DNA of 63,455 nt, the filler included, from Nemertoderma westbladi (Eukaryota; Animalia; Xenacoelomorpha): the NCBI GenBank assembly GCA_032718475.1. It is 3 parts of 3 records of this genome, joined end to end, with 100 filler letters (N's around TTAATTAATTAA, not from the genome) between each part and the next. Parts side by side here need not be neighbours in the genome. Positions count along the whole stretch, not along the records: positions 1 to 31,108 come from JAUCBJ010002459.1; positions 31,209 to 51,093 come from JAUCBJ010006964.1; 1 more part is not named here. One strand, 5' to 3'. Under the pieces are notes generated by a model. It made no database searches, was not told where the DNA came from, and saw only the letters and a program-made list of their open reading frames with translations. The position numbers and the translations under genes were made by a program. Numbering within the stretch: position 1 is the stretch's first letter; each line of letters begins with the position of its first letter. Below, piece by piece: positions 24,645 to 37,035 of this stretch.

Positions 24645-27600
24645 CTAAGGTGCTCCCTCTAACAGGCAGCACTTCCCTACAGCCCTCCTGTAGGTCTTCC
24701 TATCTTTCGCTCCTATCTTGCCACCTATCCGCACTTCTACCGATCGGACTCTTCCGTCCTCATCGGAGTAAGTGCCCACAACCCTCGCCAACCGCCACTG
24801 GTTGTTGATGATGGTATCGTCCGTGACGATCACCAGATCACCCTCCTTTAACTCTCTGTTTGTATTTCTCCATTTGCTCCTCCTATGAACCGTGGGTAGA
24901 TATTCCTCGACCCACCTCCTCCAATACTCTGCGCTTATCGCCTTAGCGACTTTCCAACTCTGGAGGGAGTGTATGTCGTCTGGGTCTACACCCCGCATGT
25001 CGATGGTTGCTGGACTTTCCATTAGAAAATGACTGGGCGTCAGCACATCTAATGACTCATCATTTTCTCATCATTTTCGTCTAATGACGTCATCATTTTC
25101 TGGATATAGCGGTCTGCTATTAATGATACCCTCACACTTTGCTAATACTGTTCTTAGTACGTCCTCTGTAACCATGTGGGTGTTCATCAACTTCGTCATC
25201 AGAAGCTTTGAACTACCCACGAGTCTCTCGACGCATCCTAGAGTATGTGGAGCATACGGCGTCCTCCTCTCCCACTTCACCTGTCGTCTTCTCATGGCTA
25301 CCCTGACTTCCTCCCCTTCCAGGATATCCAAGGCCTCTGCCATCTCGTTCTCCGCTCCCACAAAGTTGGTTCTGTTGTCAGAATATATTACTGCGATCGT
25401 CCCACCTTTGCGGACTCTGAACCTTTCTAGAGCATTAATGATTGCTGATGCGGTTGCATCTTGGGCGAGTTCTATCCCTACCGCCCGCGTGTTGTTACAC
25501 ACGAAGATAATACTGTAGCGTTTCTCCGTGTGTCGCATCACCCTAATCTTTATCGGCCCGAACATATCCACACCGCAGTGCGTGAATGGCGGGTCGTGCT
25601 GTCTCACTCTACTGGCCGGTAGTGGCGCCATCTCCTATATAGCCCGCTCCTTCTTAGCTCGTCGGCAGGTCTGGCACTGCCCCACTACCGCCTTTACCTT
25701 CTTTCTCAACTGTTTGACCCAAAAGGTCCTTCGTATCTCCGTGAGGGTCCGGTTGGTGCCCCCGTGCAATGTCGACTTATGGGAGTCCCAGATAATCTGG
25801 TGGACTATCGGCGATCCATTAGGGATGATGATGGGCTTTGGTGGGATGACAATACTGTTGTTGTTTAACACCCTAGAGTTCATTACTAGGATCCCGTCAT
25901 CATTGAGTTGTGGTGACAGCGCGATCAGCTCACTGTCCCGTCGGAGATGCTGTTGTTTACTGACGCATTCCACCTCGTTGCCGTAGTTCTTCCTCTGTTC
26001 GTAGCGGATGACTGCCTTGGCCGTTCCCTCCAGATCGATGGTTGTTCTAATTTTTACGTCTTTTCTGACTCCCTTGAGGAAATCCCCGAAGGCTCTCCAG
26101 TACACCACTAACTTCTTGGTCTTGTACCAACTAGAGCTGTAGCTAAGGAGTTTGTCCATTGGGTTATCGCACTGTTCTTCTGGTTTTGGTTGCACGTCCC
26201 TTATCTCCCTCACCATCTGGCTGTATATATCTTCACCCTCTGAAACTCCCTCTTCTTCCACTAATGCTACTTCCCTGAGCCCGGGTCCACCTTTCTCATC
26301 GGCGGCCAGGCTGCCTTATCGTTCAGAAACTGCGGCCCGTGTTGCCACAATACTTCCTTCTTCAAGAAAGTGTGGCGTGCCACGCCCCTCGATAACAAGT
26401 CCGCTGGGTTCTCGTCCGTTGGGCAGTAGTGCCACCTTTCTAATTCTGTAGTTGCCCTTATTTCGTCCACCCTATTTGCGACGAATATAGGGTATCTCGT
26501 CCTTTCGTTATGTAGCCAACCAAGCACTACCATGGAATCCATCCAGTAGTGTGTCTCCACTATGTTGGGAATAGCGTCCATTAAGTAGGCTGTGGCCCTA
26601 ACTACTAACCTCGCAGCCATTAACTCGAGTTTCGGAACCGATGCTGAATCTGGTGGCGTCGACTTAGCCTTGCTGAATGCGAGTCTGGGCTTGTGAGCCC
26701 CCTCTCGTTGTACTAAGTAGAGTGCCGCTCCGTATGCCTCTAATGACACATCGGAGAACATGTGCAGATCCAGATTCACCATGTCCCCATCCGGGAAATA
26801 CACGCGTGGCATGCTGTATGTTCCCATCTGCTCTAAACTCTCTGTCCACTTGCACCACAATCCTGTGTCCCAATCTGTGTCCCAATCCTCCTTTAGTTTG
26901 TATACTTTCTTGAGTATCTGTTTCCCCGTGACTAGTAATGGGGATGCTAGGCCTAGGGGATCGTATATCCTTGCTATGTACGACACATAGCCCCTCTTTG
27001 TGTGGATGTCTGCGCCCTCTTGACTCAACTGGTATTTCAACTCATCTGTCTCTCGGTTCCACACGATCCCTAGTGCCTTCTGTTGGGACTCCACTCTCTT
27101 GTTCGCCATGTCCTGTCCCTTGGCTGTCGTGGGATTATCCATGGTCGACTCTGGCCTCCTGTCTTCTATGGCCTTCATGAACTCTTGCGAGCTGGATTGG
27201 AACTTGGTTAGGTTGAACCCGGATCCTTTTAGGATGTCGCGAACCTCGCGCCCCGTGTCCAGTAGTTCCTTAACCGTATTCCCAGACTCCATCCCGTCGT
27301 CTACATAGAAGCCGCGCCGAATCATATCGACGGCTTTGGCGCTATATTTATTCTCCTTTCCCTTTACTGTGTCTCTTACGGCCACAGTCGACGTAAACGA
27401 AGACGACTTGGCTCCCATATTCTGTACTACCATCTTGTACATCGGTATTGTCGACGGTTCCTCGTCGCCGTTGTACCATAAAAAGCGTTGGCTGTCGCTA
27501 TCCTCTTCCGTTACACGGACTTGGTTGAACATGCCTTCGATGTCGCAGGTGAAGGCGTGTTTCCCATTCCTGAATCTGAGTAGGACCTCGATCCCTGAGT

Positions 27601-28445
27601 TGTAGATATTGGGACCCTCAGCAGATAATCGTTTAGGCATTTGCCATTGGTTTTAGCCGATGCGACAACTACCATCCGCAGTTTACCTTTCTTCGGGTCT
27701 AGAGCCACGTGGAGTGGCAGGTAATAGGTCCTGTCCGTGTTTGTAACTCTACGGCCCATCCTTTCTCGACATACTTCCTAATCGTTTTATGAATGTACTC
27801 ATTCTTTTCGGGGCTCCGTTTTAGGGTCTGCTTCAATTTACGAAGCCTCGTGAGTACCATTCCTCTATTGTCGGGTAGCGGTAGCTTCGGTAGCTTCCAT
27901 ACCATCCCTATGGTATACCGCCCCTCGTCGCATCTTATCGACTCCTTTACGCTCTGTAGAGCCTGTTTATCTTCTACCGAGGTTCCGACCCCGGTCTCTT
28001 TTAATCCCTCAAAATCCTGCCTGAGCAGTCTCTTGAGCTGCTCCTCTGCTCTCTCATCTCCCATATCTTGCATAGTTCCCTCGAACATGCACCCTGATGT
28101 CTCCGACATCCTAAATGGTATCTTGCTCTTAATTGGGCCGCTCAGCGTCCACCCGAATGGTGTTAAAATCGCCACCGGGTCACACTGCCTGTCTTCGCCG
28201 AAGACCGTTCGCATTCTCTTGTGGGCCGTCGGGCAGTCCATTCCTACTATGATGGATACCTTCCTGACATCCACCTCTGGGATTGAGAAATCGATACTGT
28301 CCAGGAATTTATATTGTTCGACCTCGATGTTGGTTGGCCGTCTGGCGTTGATATTTATCGACTCTATCACCTGGATGGGGTCGATGGTCGCCCCATAGTC
28401 GCATCTCGGTGCTATCGCAGCTATCCCGCACTGTCCAGTCCTCAT
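24645..28445 (-). pseudogene. Element C pol (RT-RNase H-integrase) with several stops and frameshifts
   Basis: ORF pieces 27699-28445, 27511-27759, 26267-27640, 25635-26261, 25071-25631 and 24645-25046 in BEL domain order. Confidence 0.92.
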
Positions 28446-31100
28446 CTCCAGGATTTCGTCTTGCTGGAGATGGTTGTTACTGCCATTCTACTTGGCCTCG
28501 TTCTCAATCCTATCTCTTCGGCCACCCAATTCTCAACTAAGGTGAAGGCTGCTCCACTGTCGACCAGCATCAGTGTGGTCACTGATCGATTGCCTTCCCC
28601 AATCACTCGCACTGGTACTACCCCGAGTAGTACCATTCCTCTTTTCTTTGCCCCTACGGTGCTCGTTGCCATCGTCTGCCCTTTGCCCTGACCGAACTTA
28701 ATTGGCATTTCTTCGCATTGGTCGGCTCTGTGTCCACCCATCACACATCGAGAACAAATTTCATATCTCCTCGCGTATTCTACCTGATCTTCCCTGGGTA
28801 GCGCTTGCCAATACCTGCAGTTCATGGTGTGATGAAGTGCATTTGTATGTAATTGGCATTTGTTCTTTGGGTTATAGCCATCCTTATACAGTGCGCTGCA
28901 TATCGCACTTGCATTCGTACCTAAGTCCCTACTGTTCTTATTACTTGGGTTCGGCCTACTGGGCATGTTAGGGTTGTGTTTATTGGTGTTGTTATTTTTC
29001 CCCTGTCCGCTCCATGATGTGGTCTTACCCCTGGCTACTTGTGGACTAGCAGTCCCCTGCGTCAGCACGTATGGCAGTGACTGTCTGAGCTTTGGCAATG
29101 CGTTCGATGCGTTGTTGTGTTCTGGTTTCGGCCTGTGGTAATCAGTCTTTGGTCCCTTTCCCAGGCTATCCTCGCTATAGACTGGGTCCGTTATTATTTC
29201 AGCTTCATAGTTTAAGAAGCTCGACATTTCTTCTAAAGCCGGTTCCGCACCCTTCCTCTCTTGAGTGGAGAAGGCGATTTTCCTCCACTTATTGCGCAGC
29301 CAGATCGGTAGTGCCTGTGCTATCGTGGTGATGTTATTGGATGCGTTAAGTTCGTATGGCGCGTCCAGCATTTTTAACACGATAAGCGCTTTCTGAACTT
29401 TGTTCGCAAATGTCTGTATGCTAATGGGGTTATCCTGTAGGCCACCCGATGTTATGCCTCTCAGGGTTTGCCGGATGATCTTGGCCGGGTGCCCGTATTC
29501 CCTGTCTAGCGCCCGCCATGCCATCATGAAGCCGCCCTCGATGCCCTGATACTGCCTCACGATGTTGTATGCTGGGCCTCCTGTATACACTTGCAGATAC
29601 TTTAGGCACTCCGCCTGCGTCAGGTTCTTCATCAATATTTCATTGCTGTACATGCGCCGAAACTGCAGGTATTCTTCCAGCCTACTTCCATCGAATTGAA
29701 ATGGCTCTACAGTTGGCAGTTCGATCCTGGTCTTTAAGGCATCGATTAATGTAGCCATTCCCATTGCCTGTGCCTCCAATGGGTTCGATGGATGCTGTAC
29801 AGATTCTGCCGTTGGGTGCGGTCCGTTCGTCCTATTTGCTGCCCCTCTCTGTGTTGGGTATGTCATAGGGGGTAGCGGCCCCCTCCATATCTCGGTGTCG
29901 CATGACCTGTTCTCGTCCAAGGGGTTCGATGTTCTTGTTGCTATTGGAGTATATTGTTGATATTGTGATGGGGGAATGTCACCCTGCCCCCCCCCCCCCC
30001 CACCGGTATGTTTGATACTGGGGTTGATGTTAATATATTGGGGCCCATGCACCTATCCGCAATAATTCTCCCCTCCCCTGGATATATGTTATGTCCTTGC
30101 ATGCTGTAGTCATACTGCTGTGCTGGTACCGGTATAGGCCTATCCACTTCTGGCCTACCTACCGGTATGTACTCCGCGACTTCCGGGTTTAATCCCGTCG
30201 TCCGCGCTATCCTATCGCCTACATTATCTCTCCCAGCATGGCCTATGGTATGTGCAGTAAGGCCTACAGTATGTCCTGCAGTCTGTATGTGTCGCTCGGG
30301 ATCGAAGTTTAATCTTCTCGAATAATCCTCCCCGCGGCTACCATATTCTCGATCGGTAGGTAGATCCCGTCGGGAAGTTTCTCTTCGACCCCCTCCACCG
30401 TTCTCATCCTCGTACCAGTACATCGCGTACGCCTCGTCAGGTCGCGTTTCTCCGGGGCGACGGCAATCTCCCAAAGTTCGACCCCACTGACTCTCCGTTC
30501 CCATCTCTACTACCGACGGCTCGCTATCCGTCCTCGCTCTCCTGTCGTTCGCAACGACACTTCTTCTACTCTCTTCTCTTCTTCTCCTCTCTGCAGTGCA
30601 GTATTCCCGCTCGTGAGATCTCTCGTCGACCTCCCGGTTAAACTCCACTGTTCTTCTTCCCTCTTCTGATTGGGCCCGATGTCTCGTCACTCGCCCTCTC
30701 GCGACGTCAACCTGTCTCTCTCTGCTCGATCGCACGCTGCTGGGGATACTCGCAATCCCCCTACTATTCTCCATCGCCGGGTGCTGCGGTTCACCTAATT
30801 CGCCCCGCGCATTATCTGCCGACGCCTGTGGGACACTCTTTGCCCCCCCCCCCCTCCCCCTGCTCGCCGCTAATCTCTCGTTTTGGGACTCCTGTAGCCC
30901 CCCCCCCACTCGCCACCTATTGCTTCACTATCTCTCACTTCGTTTCTACACCCCTCTCTAGTCGACACACTAACCCTACTGCGGCTGGGTCTATTCACCC
31001 CCGCCTCTCCCTCTGCTACTGTGTGGAATACCAGGCCCTCCACTTCCTGCCTACTAACTACGTGGCCTACCAGGCCCTCACTGGGTTGACTCAACCCCGC
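28442..31100 (-). pseudogene. Element C gag-protease
   Basis: FDGS, DUF1759-like region, CQLH..HHTMNC and CSRC...H...C knuckles, LVDSGA; frameshift at the homopolymer near 29990. Confidence 0.88.
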
Positions 31101-31108
31101 CACCTCCT

Positions 31109-31208
31109 NNNNNNNNNNNNNNNNNNNNNNNNNNNNNNNNNNNNNNNNNNNNTTAATTAATTAANNNNNNNNNNNNNNNNNNNNNNNNNNNNNNNNNNNN
31201 NNNNNNNN
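31109..31208. other. Assembly gap with artificial TTAATTAATTAA linker
   Basis: N-run, linker with stops in all frames, N-run; 100 nt. Confidence 0.97.
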
Positions 31209-31257
31209 TCGCCTAAATATAAACTCATTATAATATGGATAAACTCATATAGCAGAT

Positions 31258-32606
31258 ATGGTTGAGTTGATAGAAGATGATCTTGGTATCGGGGAGCGAT
31301 ATACCCTACCCTACTTTTACAAGCGTTTGTTGATAGCTTAATACGCGGCGACGTTAGTCCAACTGCTGCGGAGGACGATGGTCGTTATATCGAACCGACA
31401 ATGTCCCAAGTGCAGCTCTCGCGAGAGTTGGACTATAGAAAATTCGCTGCTCGATATACGCAGCGTAATGGTACGTATATGGGCTTCTTAACTACTGGTC
31501 ATTCTATCGATTTACACGATACGGACTATGTCGAACATATCCTACCCAGAGGAGTCGAAACGATAAACCAAAATTCTAATGCGAAAATCCTATTCGAAAT
31601 CGACTCGAAAGAAAAGACATTAAAGAAACAAATAAACGCGGTAACTCCAACATCTATTTGGAATTCTTGATAGAAGCATTGTAACAACAAATAAATATCA
31701 CCCGCGTTTCTCCTTCAAGACGTGCGTCTTTGGTATTATTACGATAAATGCCCTAGACCCAACCAATAAACGGAAAGACATAAACATCCACGGAAACGTT
31801 GTGTTAAACACAGTTGTGCTCGTTATATTTACTGGAGTTTCGAGCGAAACTTGTTTGACGTATCACCTATGCTCACTCGGCTCGAACGATCCTGGAGTAA
31901 ACCTACGATCAGAGTCCCGGAATACTCGGTCAAACCTCCTCATTCCTTAGTTGGACCTCAGACCTGCGATCCTGGTGGTGTCGCGGATCCTCGCGGACTG
32001 TATTCGTATTCACTGTTCAAAGATCTAGTGCTACCCTAACAATTAATCGGTAACACTCCGACAGTGATTTCTAGCTAGCCGCCCATCTTACCCTGTCCGG
32101 ATTGTGACGCGGACACCTAATATCACTATCCAACCGTATGGTCGTCCCCGTTTAACGCGATACAACCCCTCATCAAGGTAAAGGAGAGCGTTGTACGAAA
32201 CGAGTTAAACGCTATTCTATAACGATCAAAAAGGAAACCTGCGTTTGTTCAGATAAACGTAAGTTATAACAGTGAGTCCAATCGATACACGAATTGGCCT
32301 TATCTCAATTCGATTGGGAAATCCAGAATCTCTAAGAAGTTATCGAACTTGGACGATCCTATTCTCTGCGAGAGTTTTTGGATGAACGTATCCAGCTACG
32401 AGCGGAGGAAAATCAGCTCGAGGAGAAGCATATCGAAACGGCAGATACCTCGACCACAATCCTACACCTTCTGATGCAATCATATTGCACCCTTCACCCA
32501 GGAGTTATGGCCCTCCTAGTAAAGTGGCTCCCCCCAAAGAGAAAAAGACTCTTGCTAGCCTCAAAAAACTGCGTAAACGCCGTCTGCATAAGAAGGACTA
32601 ACTGTT
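31258..32606 (+). pseudogene. Longer, decayed copy of the family B orphan ORF (~450 codons)
   Basis: MVELIEDDLGIGERYT...RELDYRKFAARY...YLEFL, ~700 bp of extra coding-like sequence, then PSDAIILHPSPRSY...KKLRKRRLHKKD. Confidence 0.75.
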
Positions 32607-32679
32607 TAGAGTATCTTTATGTTTTAGAAACTGTGATTTTTATATTTTATAGACTGAAAATCCCATTTTCTGGGAGCGG

Positions 32680-33880
32680 TGTAAAAGCCTTTGCTGAATT
32701 GCCCCGTTATTTTTATTATCTTTTACATTAAAATACTCTGTAGTTGATTTAATAAGTGTAAGAGACCGTATTATTGCTGTATCGGTGTTTTTAGAGGATC
32801 TAAGACCTATTTCCTCCGTATGTGTACTGTGAAAGGCATATTTTATGATTCTATGGCAATTCGTGACGCAAAGGGGTGATAGCTACTCTTGAACAGTAGT
32901 TACTATGACTACGGTTAACAGCTGACATTCATACGTGTTGATTTCCTTTGTTCTACGGCGTCTCTCAGTTCAGTCAGCCAATTAGAGCGTTTTTGTGGCT
33001 CCTTGTACAGAAAATTTCCGAGAAATGACGCAATGCCTATGGGCAGTGTTTACATTCAGTCTTGAGCCAAAGAAAGAACGGCTTGGAAGTATTTTGTGCT
33101 GTACTGCTTTTTAGTCGTACACTAGTAGGTTTAATTATAAAGGGCATATATCCTTTAACGGACCTGCATGCCTATATCTCATTGCTGACATACCGGTACT
33201 GACTTGTTGTTTTATACTGCTATTTGCTGTCAGTTCTTCATAATATGGTTGATGAATAATTATATTTGGAATAACGATAAATAACCCCGCAACCCAATAT
33301 TCTTGATATACCCAAGGTAAGAGAGAAAGGTTACCAATAACGATTGTGACTTATGTTAAAGTGGTTTGAAGTGAATCTAATGTTATTTGATAGACCCTAC
33401 ATGAGTCAGCCTGTGTTCCTTTTATATGTGACTAAAATCAGTGAAGATTGGCAGATTAGTGTGCAGTATTGTGCAGCATAGTGTATGAGTGAGTCTGTTA
33501 AAGAAGCAATTCCTAAAGAATGCGTCATATATGTGGATTATAATTAAGCCATATCGTTGTGAGTAGTTTAAGTCATAACTCTGTTTATATAGATAAAGCG
33601 CCACGTCCTAAAGGAACTGTTAATATTACCGAAGGTGAATAATATTGTCAGAGATTATATAATACTGTCAGTCGAATAATACATTAGGCTTACATAGCAA
33701 TAAAAATTAAACCGTCGAACCCAATCTCCCGGGAATATCCAGCGGGTGAATGGTCGCGCACGGATTGGTTTCGACTAGTGTAGTGAATCAAATACTTGTC
33801 ATAGACTAAAAAGCGATTTATTATCTAGAAGACATTCTAATTTGGCGGGTTAAACTGCCAAAGGTCTGAAAGCGCGAACA
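32680..33880 (+). repeat. 3' LTR of BEL family B (copy 2)
   Basis: PPT GGGAGCGG at 32672-32679, TGTAAAAGCC start, AATAAA at 33699, GCGCGAACA end. Confidence 0.85.
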
Positions 33881-33899
33881 GACCCTTTTACTTCTATAA

Positions 33900-34285
33900 A
33901 GTTATCAGGCAATACCCTGTCTTTATTGAGGAGCTTTATTGGGCTTTCTAACCATTAAGGCGATCGGCTGGTGATTCTGCCTTAACCTTGGTGGTTGGGA
34001 ACCTTGTCCACCCTGTCAGCAAGTTGATAGATTTCCATGCCTGGGATGATTGCCTGATGTCGTCGGCATCATTGATGGCATCAAGCTGTTGGTTTATAAG
34101 CTCCTGTAGATTAACAGAGTACTGCCTGTTCAGGGACCTAGATGCAGCCTTAACTGCATTCTTTACCGCTGTAGTCTGTTTGAGTCGGGACTCTTTCTGC
34201 GCCTTATATAGGTCATGTCTCATGTCGGCACTTCCGAATTTTGTGGTCAGACCAGGGGGCCTTTTTCCTATTTCGAGTTTCAATT
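33900..34285 (-). pseudogene. RTE-like LINE internal fragment
   Basis: QSSQAWKSINLLTG...KVKAESPADRL, similar to the segment at ~62700-62830. Confidence 0.55.
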
Positions 34286-35059
34286 GACTCTATGGAGGTG
34301 GGTCAATAATTGACTATATTATGGAGGTGGGTCAATATTCGACTCTATTATGGAGGTAGGTCAATAATTGCAAATATGATGTAGGTGTCGTTGAAGTCGT
34401 TCACATATTTTACATGCTAAGAAAACAAACTAATTTATCAGATTTAAAATTGTTGAAAAGTTGTAGGCATCAATAGAACGAAAATTTGATACATTTGACA
34501 GAATGTCATACCAAATCAGTTCAACTGAGTGGTAGATATTTTCTAGACCTTAGAATTAACGTTTGAGAGCGTCACGATCTACAGTTTCTAGAGGGAAATT
34601 TTAATTACGGCGGTTTGCTTATATTTTCTTTATAATCCTTTCAAAAGGATACAACATAATTCATCACCGTAGTGGCCAGGCAATAATATTCCTTTACTGG
34701 CTTTCTACGCATCGTCGCGTTTAGTCGGTATGTCAGGAAATACTGAGTGCCAAAGGCCGGTTAAATAAGAGTTTGATGTTATTAACTTCTGATATTTACC
34801 GGTAGATAGATTACAGCACAATCAGTATTGATGACGGTCAAAACTGTGTGACATCTACGTTAACAATATAGCCAACTGAGTTAGTCGGCACGTGATAACG
34901 GATATATATGGAAAATACATTATACAGCCCTAACTACATGAGTGGCCAACCGAACGATACACGAATCCTGCAATTGCCATCTGTGGCCCTCCCATGGCCG
35001 GTTTATCCTACCCTTACAATCCCTTGCCCCCCTGGGCCTTTTTTTTAGCCCCTATCCCC

Positions 35060-35583
35060 TAGGAAAGCAAAGGCTTGGTTGGGTAGCTCTATTAAAAATG
35101 GATACCATCTGGAAATCAGATCTCTCCAGGCACCTGAAGACTAAGTTCTTTCGAGCCACAGTGGAAAGTGTATTTTTATACGGAGGTGAGACCTGGACAC
35201 TGACTAAATCACTTGAACAACGAATTGATGGTTGCTACACAAGACTACTAAGGGCAGCCCTAAACATCAGCTGGAGACAACACATGACAAACGCCGAGCT
35301 TTATGGTACAATACCACCTGTATCAACCACCCTCCGTGAACGCAGATTAAGATTCAGTGGGCACTGCTGGCGAAGTAAAGACGAGGTCATACCAGATCTA
35401 CTTCTCTGGCAACCAACTCATGGAAAGCGTAGTCGTGGACGACCCGCCATAATATATATAGATCAACTTGAAAGGGATACTGAACTTGGGAGAAACGAAA
35501 TTGCGACAACTATGGAGAATCGGGAAACCTGGAAGGATCTCATTTCCACTGTCCGAGTTCGCTCGACCTAGTAGTAGTAGTAT
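35060..35583 (+). mobile_element. 5'-truncated RTE LINE 3' end with (TAG)n tail
   Basis: IWKSDLSRHLKTKFFRATVESVFLYGGETWTLT...RLRFSGHCWR...GKRSRGRP; stop at 35571 runs into TAGTAGTAG. Confidence 0.9.
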
Positions 35584-36075
35584 CCCATAAGGTGAGTTGT
35601 GACTAACGTCTGGCTAACGTCGTTGCATCATACTTTTTTTGATATGCGTTATTGGTTGCATACATTAACTGATTGATAAATCAGTTCATCACCCATTTAA
35701 TGGTAGACGAGGTAGAACGGAATGGATATGCTTACAATTTGGGGCAACTTAGTTTCTGGGTATGCTGGCTTTGTATACTATAATTTAGTAATCAAATCAT
35801 TTATATAGTTATTTAATGTTTGAATTAAACAATACAGCGATATTGGAGTGTTAATCATTGACATAAGCAGTAATAGTATACCATTATTAATCAATAATTG
35901 TTAGTAAACTAAAATGTATTGTATAATACAATTAATTAATTGCACACATAAAAAATTTAAATATTGATTATCATTAAAAGTTATCATACAACTAATTTAC
36001 TAAATTCAAAATTACATTACACTAGAATTAGTAATTCATAATCATGATTCATTATCATTATAAGTTGATTAGCTA

Positions 36076-37035
36076 CTACATACCAACCAATCCACGCATA
36101 ACTCGGGTCACTAACCCGGTATCCATAGCAACCACTATACTAACGTTCCTACGCGCATCCCCATGTCGCAGCCTCAAGGAATCATTCCAATCCACTATAG
36201 TCGTCGCTCGGCCGAATTCTCCTCTCGTTTCTACAACTAACGGATGTTCCTCAATGCGGGAAACAGATTCCGGAAATAAACACCCGATAACTGCCGAAAT
36301 ATCACAGATTGCTGTTCCTGTAGAATTTTCCTCTAGACTCAAAGGAAACTTGCTAATGATATCAACCACGTTTACAACATCCTTATTGATTCCTTTACGC
36401 AGCCACTCTGAGATCTCACCCAATGTGAAGAAGACGCCCTGATGGCAGAGTTCCCACGAGTAAACCGACGTTGGGCATCGGAACTCCTTCATCACAATCT
36501 CCCAGGATTCAGGATCTCCCCGCACATTAAACTCCCTACCTACATCTTCTCCTTTCCCGTATATAGACCCTCCCATTACATGAACATCCTTGAGATTATC
36601 TGAGAACGTAGGATCTATTCTGTGAGCCAATGCGAGGTTAGTTAAGGGTCCAATTGCTATTACCGAAAGTCTACCGGCATTTTCTTTAGCTATTCTAGAA
36701 AGAGCGACAGCAGCGGGTTCTTCTCGAACTACCTTAGCTATGTCTCCATCTGGTAGATTTCCTTCCATACCTCCTGAGCCATGGTGCTGTTCAGCATGTA
36801 TTCGAGCACTCACTAAAGGTTCGCTGGCCCCAGCATAAACAGGCACGTCTGTACGGCCCATTGCCGTTAGAATTTTAACCGCGTTTTTTGTGGAATTATC
36901 AACAGATGAGTTGCCTTGCACTGTTGTCACAGCTATGAGTCTCACATCTGGTTGCTTCAGAGCTATTAATATAGCCATGGCGTCATCCCAACCAGGGTCA
37001 GTGTCTATGACAACAACTCTCTGTTCTTCGTTCAT
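36076..37035 (-). CDS. Inosine-uridine-preferring nucleoside hydrolase family protein (319 aa, intronless)
   Basis: N-terminal IDTDPGWDDA (DxDxxxDD Ca2+ motif), TTVQGN, PVYAGA, IGPLTNLALA, MGG, EFN..DPE and C-terminal CD. Confidence 0.95.
   Translation of the reverse strand: MNEEQRVVVIDTDPGWDDAMAILIALKQPDVRLIAVTTVQGNSSVDNSTKNAVKILTAMGRTDVPVYAGASEPLVSARIHAEQHHGSGGMEGNLPDGDIAKVVREEPAAVALSRIAKENAGRLSVIAIGPLTNLALAHRIDPTFSDNLKDVHVMGGSIYGKGEDVGREFNVRGDPESWEIVMKEFRCPTSVYSWELCHQGVFFTLGEISEWLRKGINKDVVNVVDIISKFPLSLEENSTGTAICDISAVIGCLFPESVSRIEEHPLVVETRGEFGRATTIVDWNDSLRLRHGDARRNVSIVVAMDTGLVTRVMRGLVGM

Larger units (their letters stand above)
22430..31108 (-). mobile_element. BEL/Pao element 'C', near-complete gag-pol with 3' LTR; 5' end lost in the gap
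   Basis: Gag with Cys/His knuckles, protease LVDSGA, RT FYVDDG, RNase H LHMFSDVS..AYGA, integrase HGG/CQTC/GVDMFGP/SDN.TNF and DUF5641-type tail; PPT 22961-22969; LTR 22430-22960. Confidence 0.95.

Noticed and set aside
25084-29754. Plus-strand ORFs overlapping element C
   Set aside because: Antisense shadows of gag-pol; the same applies to those over the hydrolase and element D.
31153-31164. TTAATTAATTAA within N-runs (also at ~51138)
   Set aside because: Artificial scaffolding linker; the 'LIN' end of the 1285-aa ORF is an artefact, and adjacency across the gaps is unverified.
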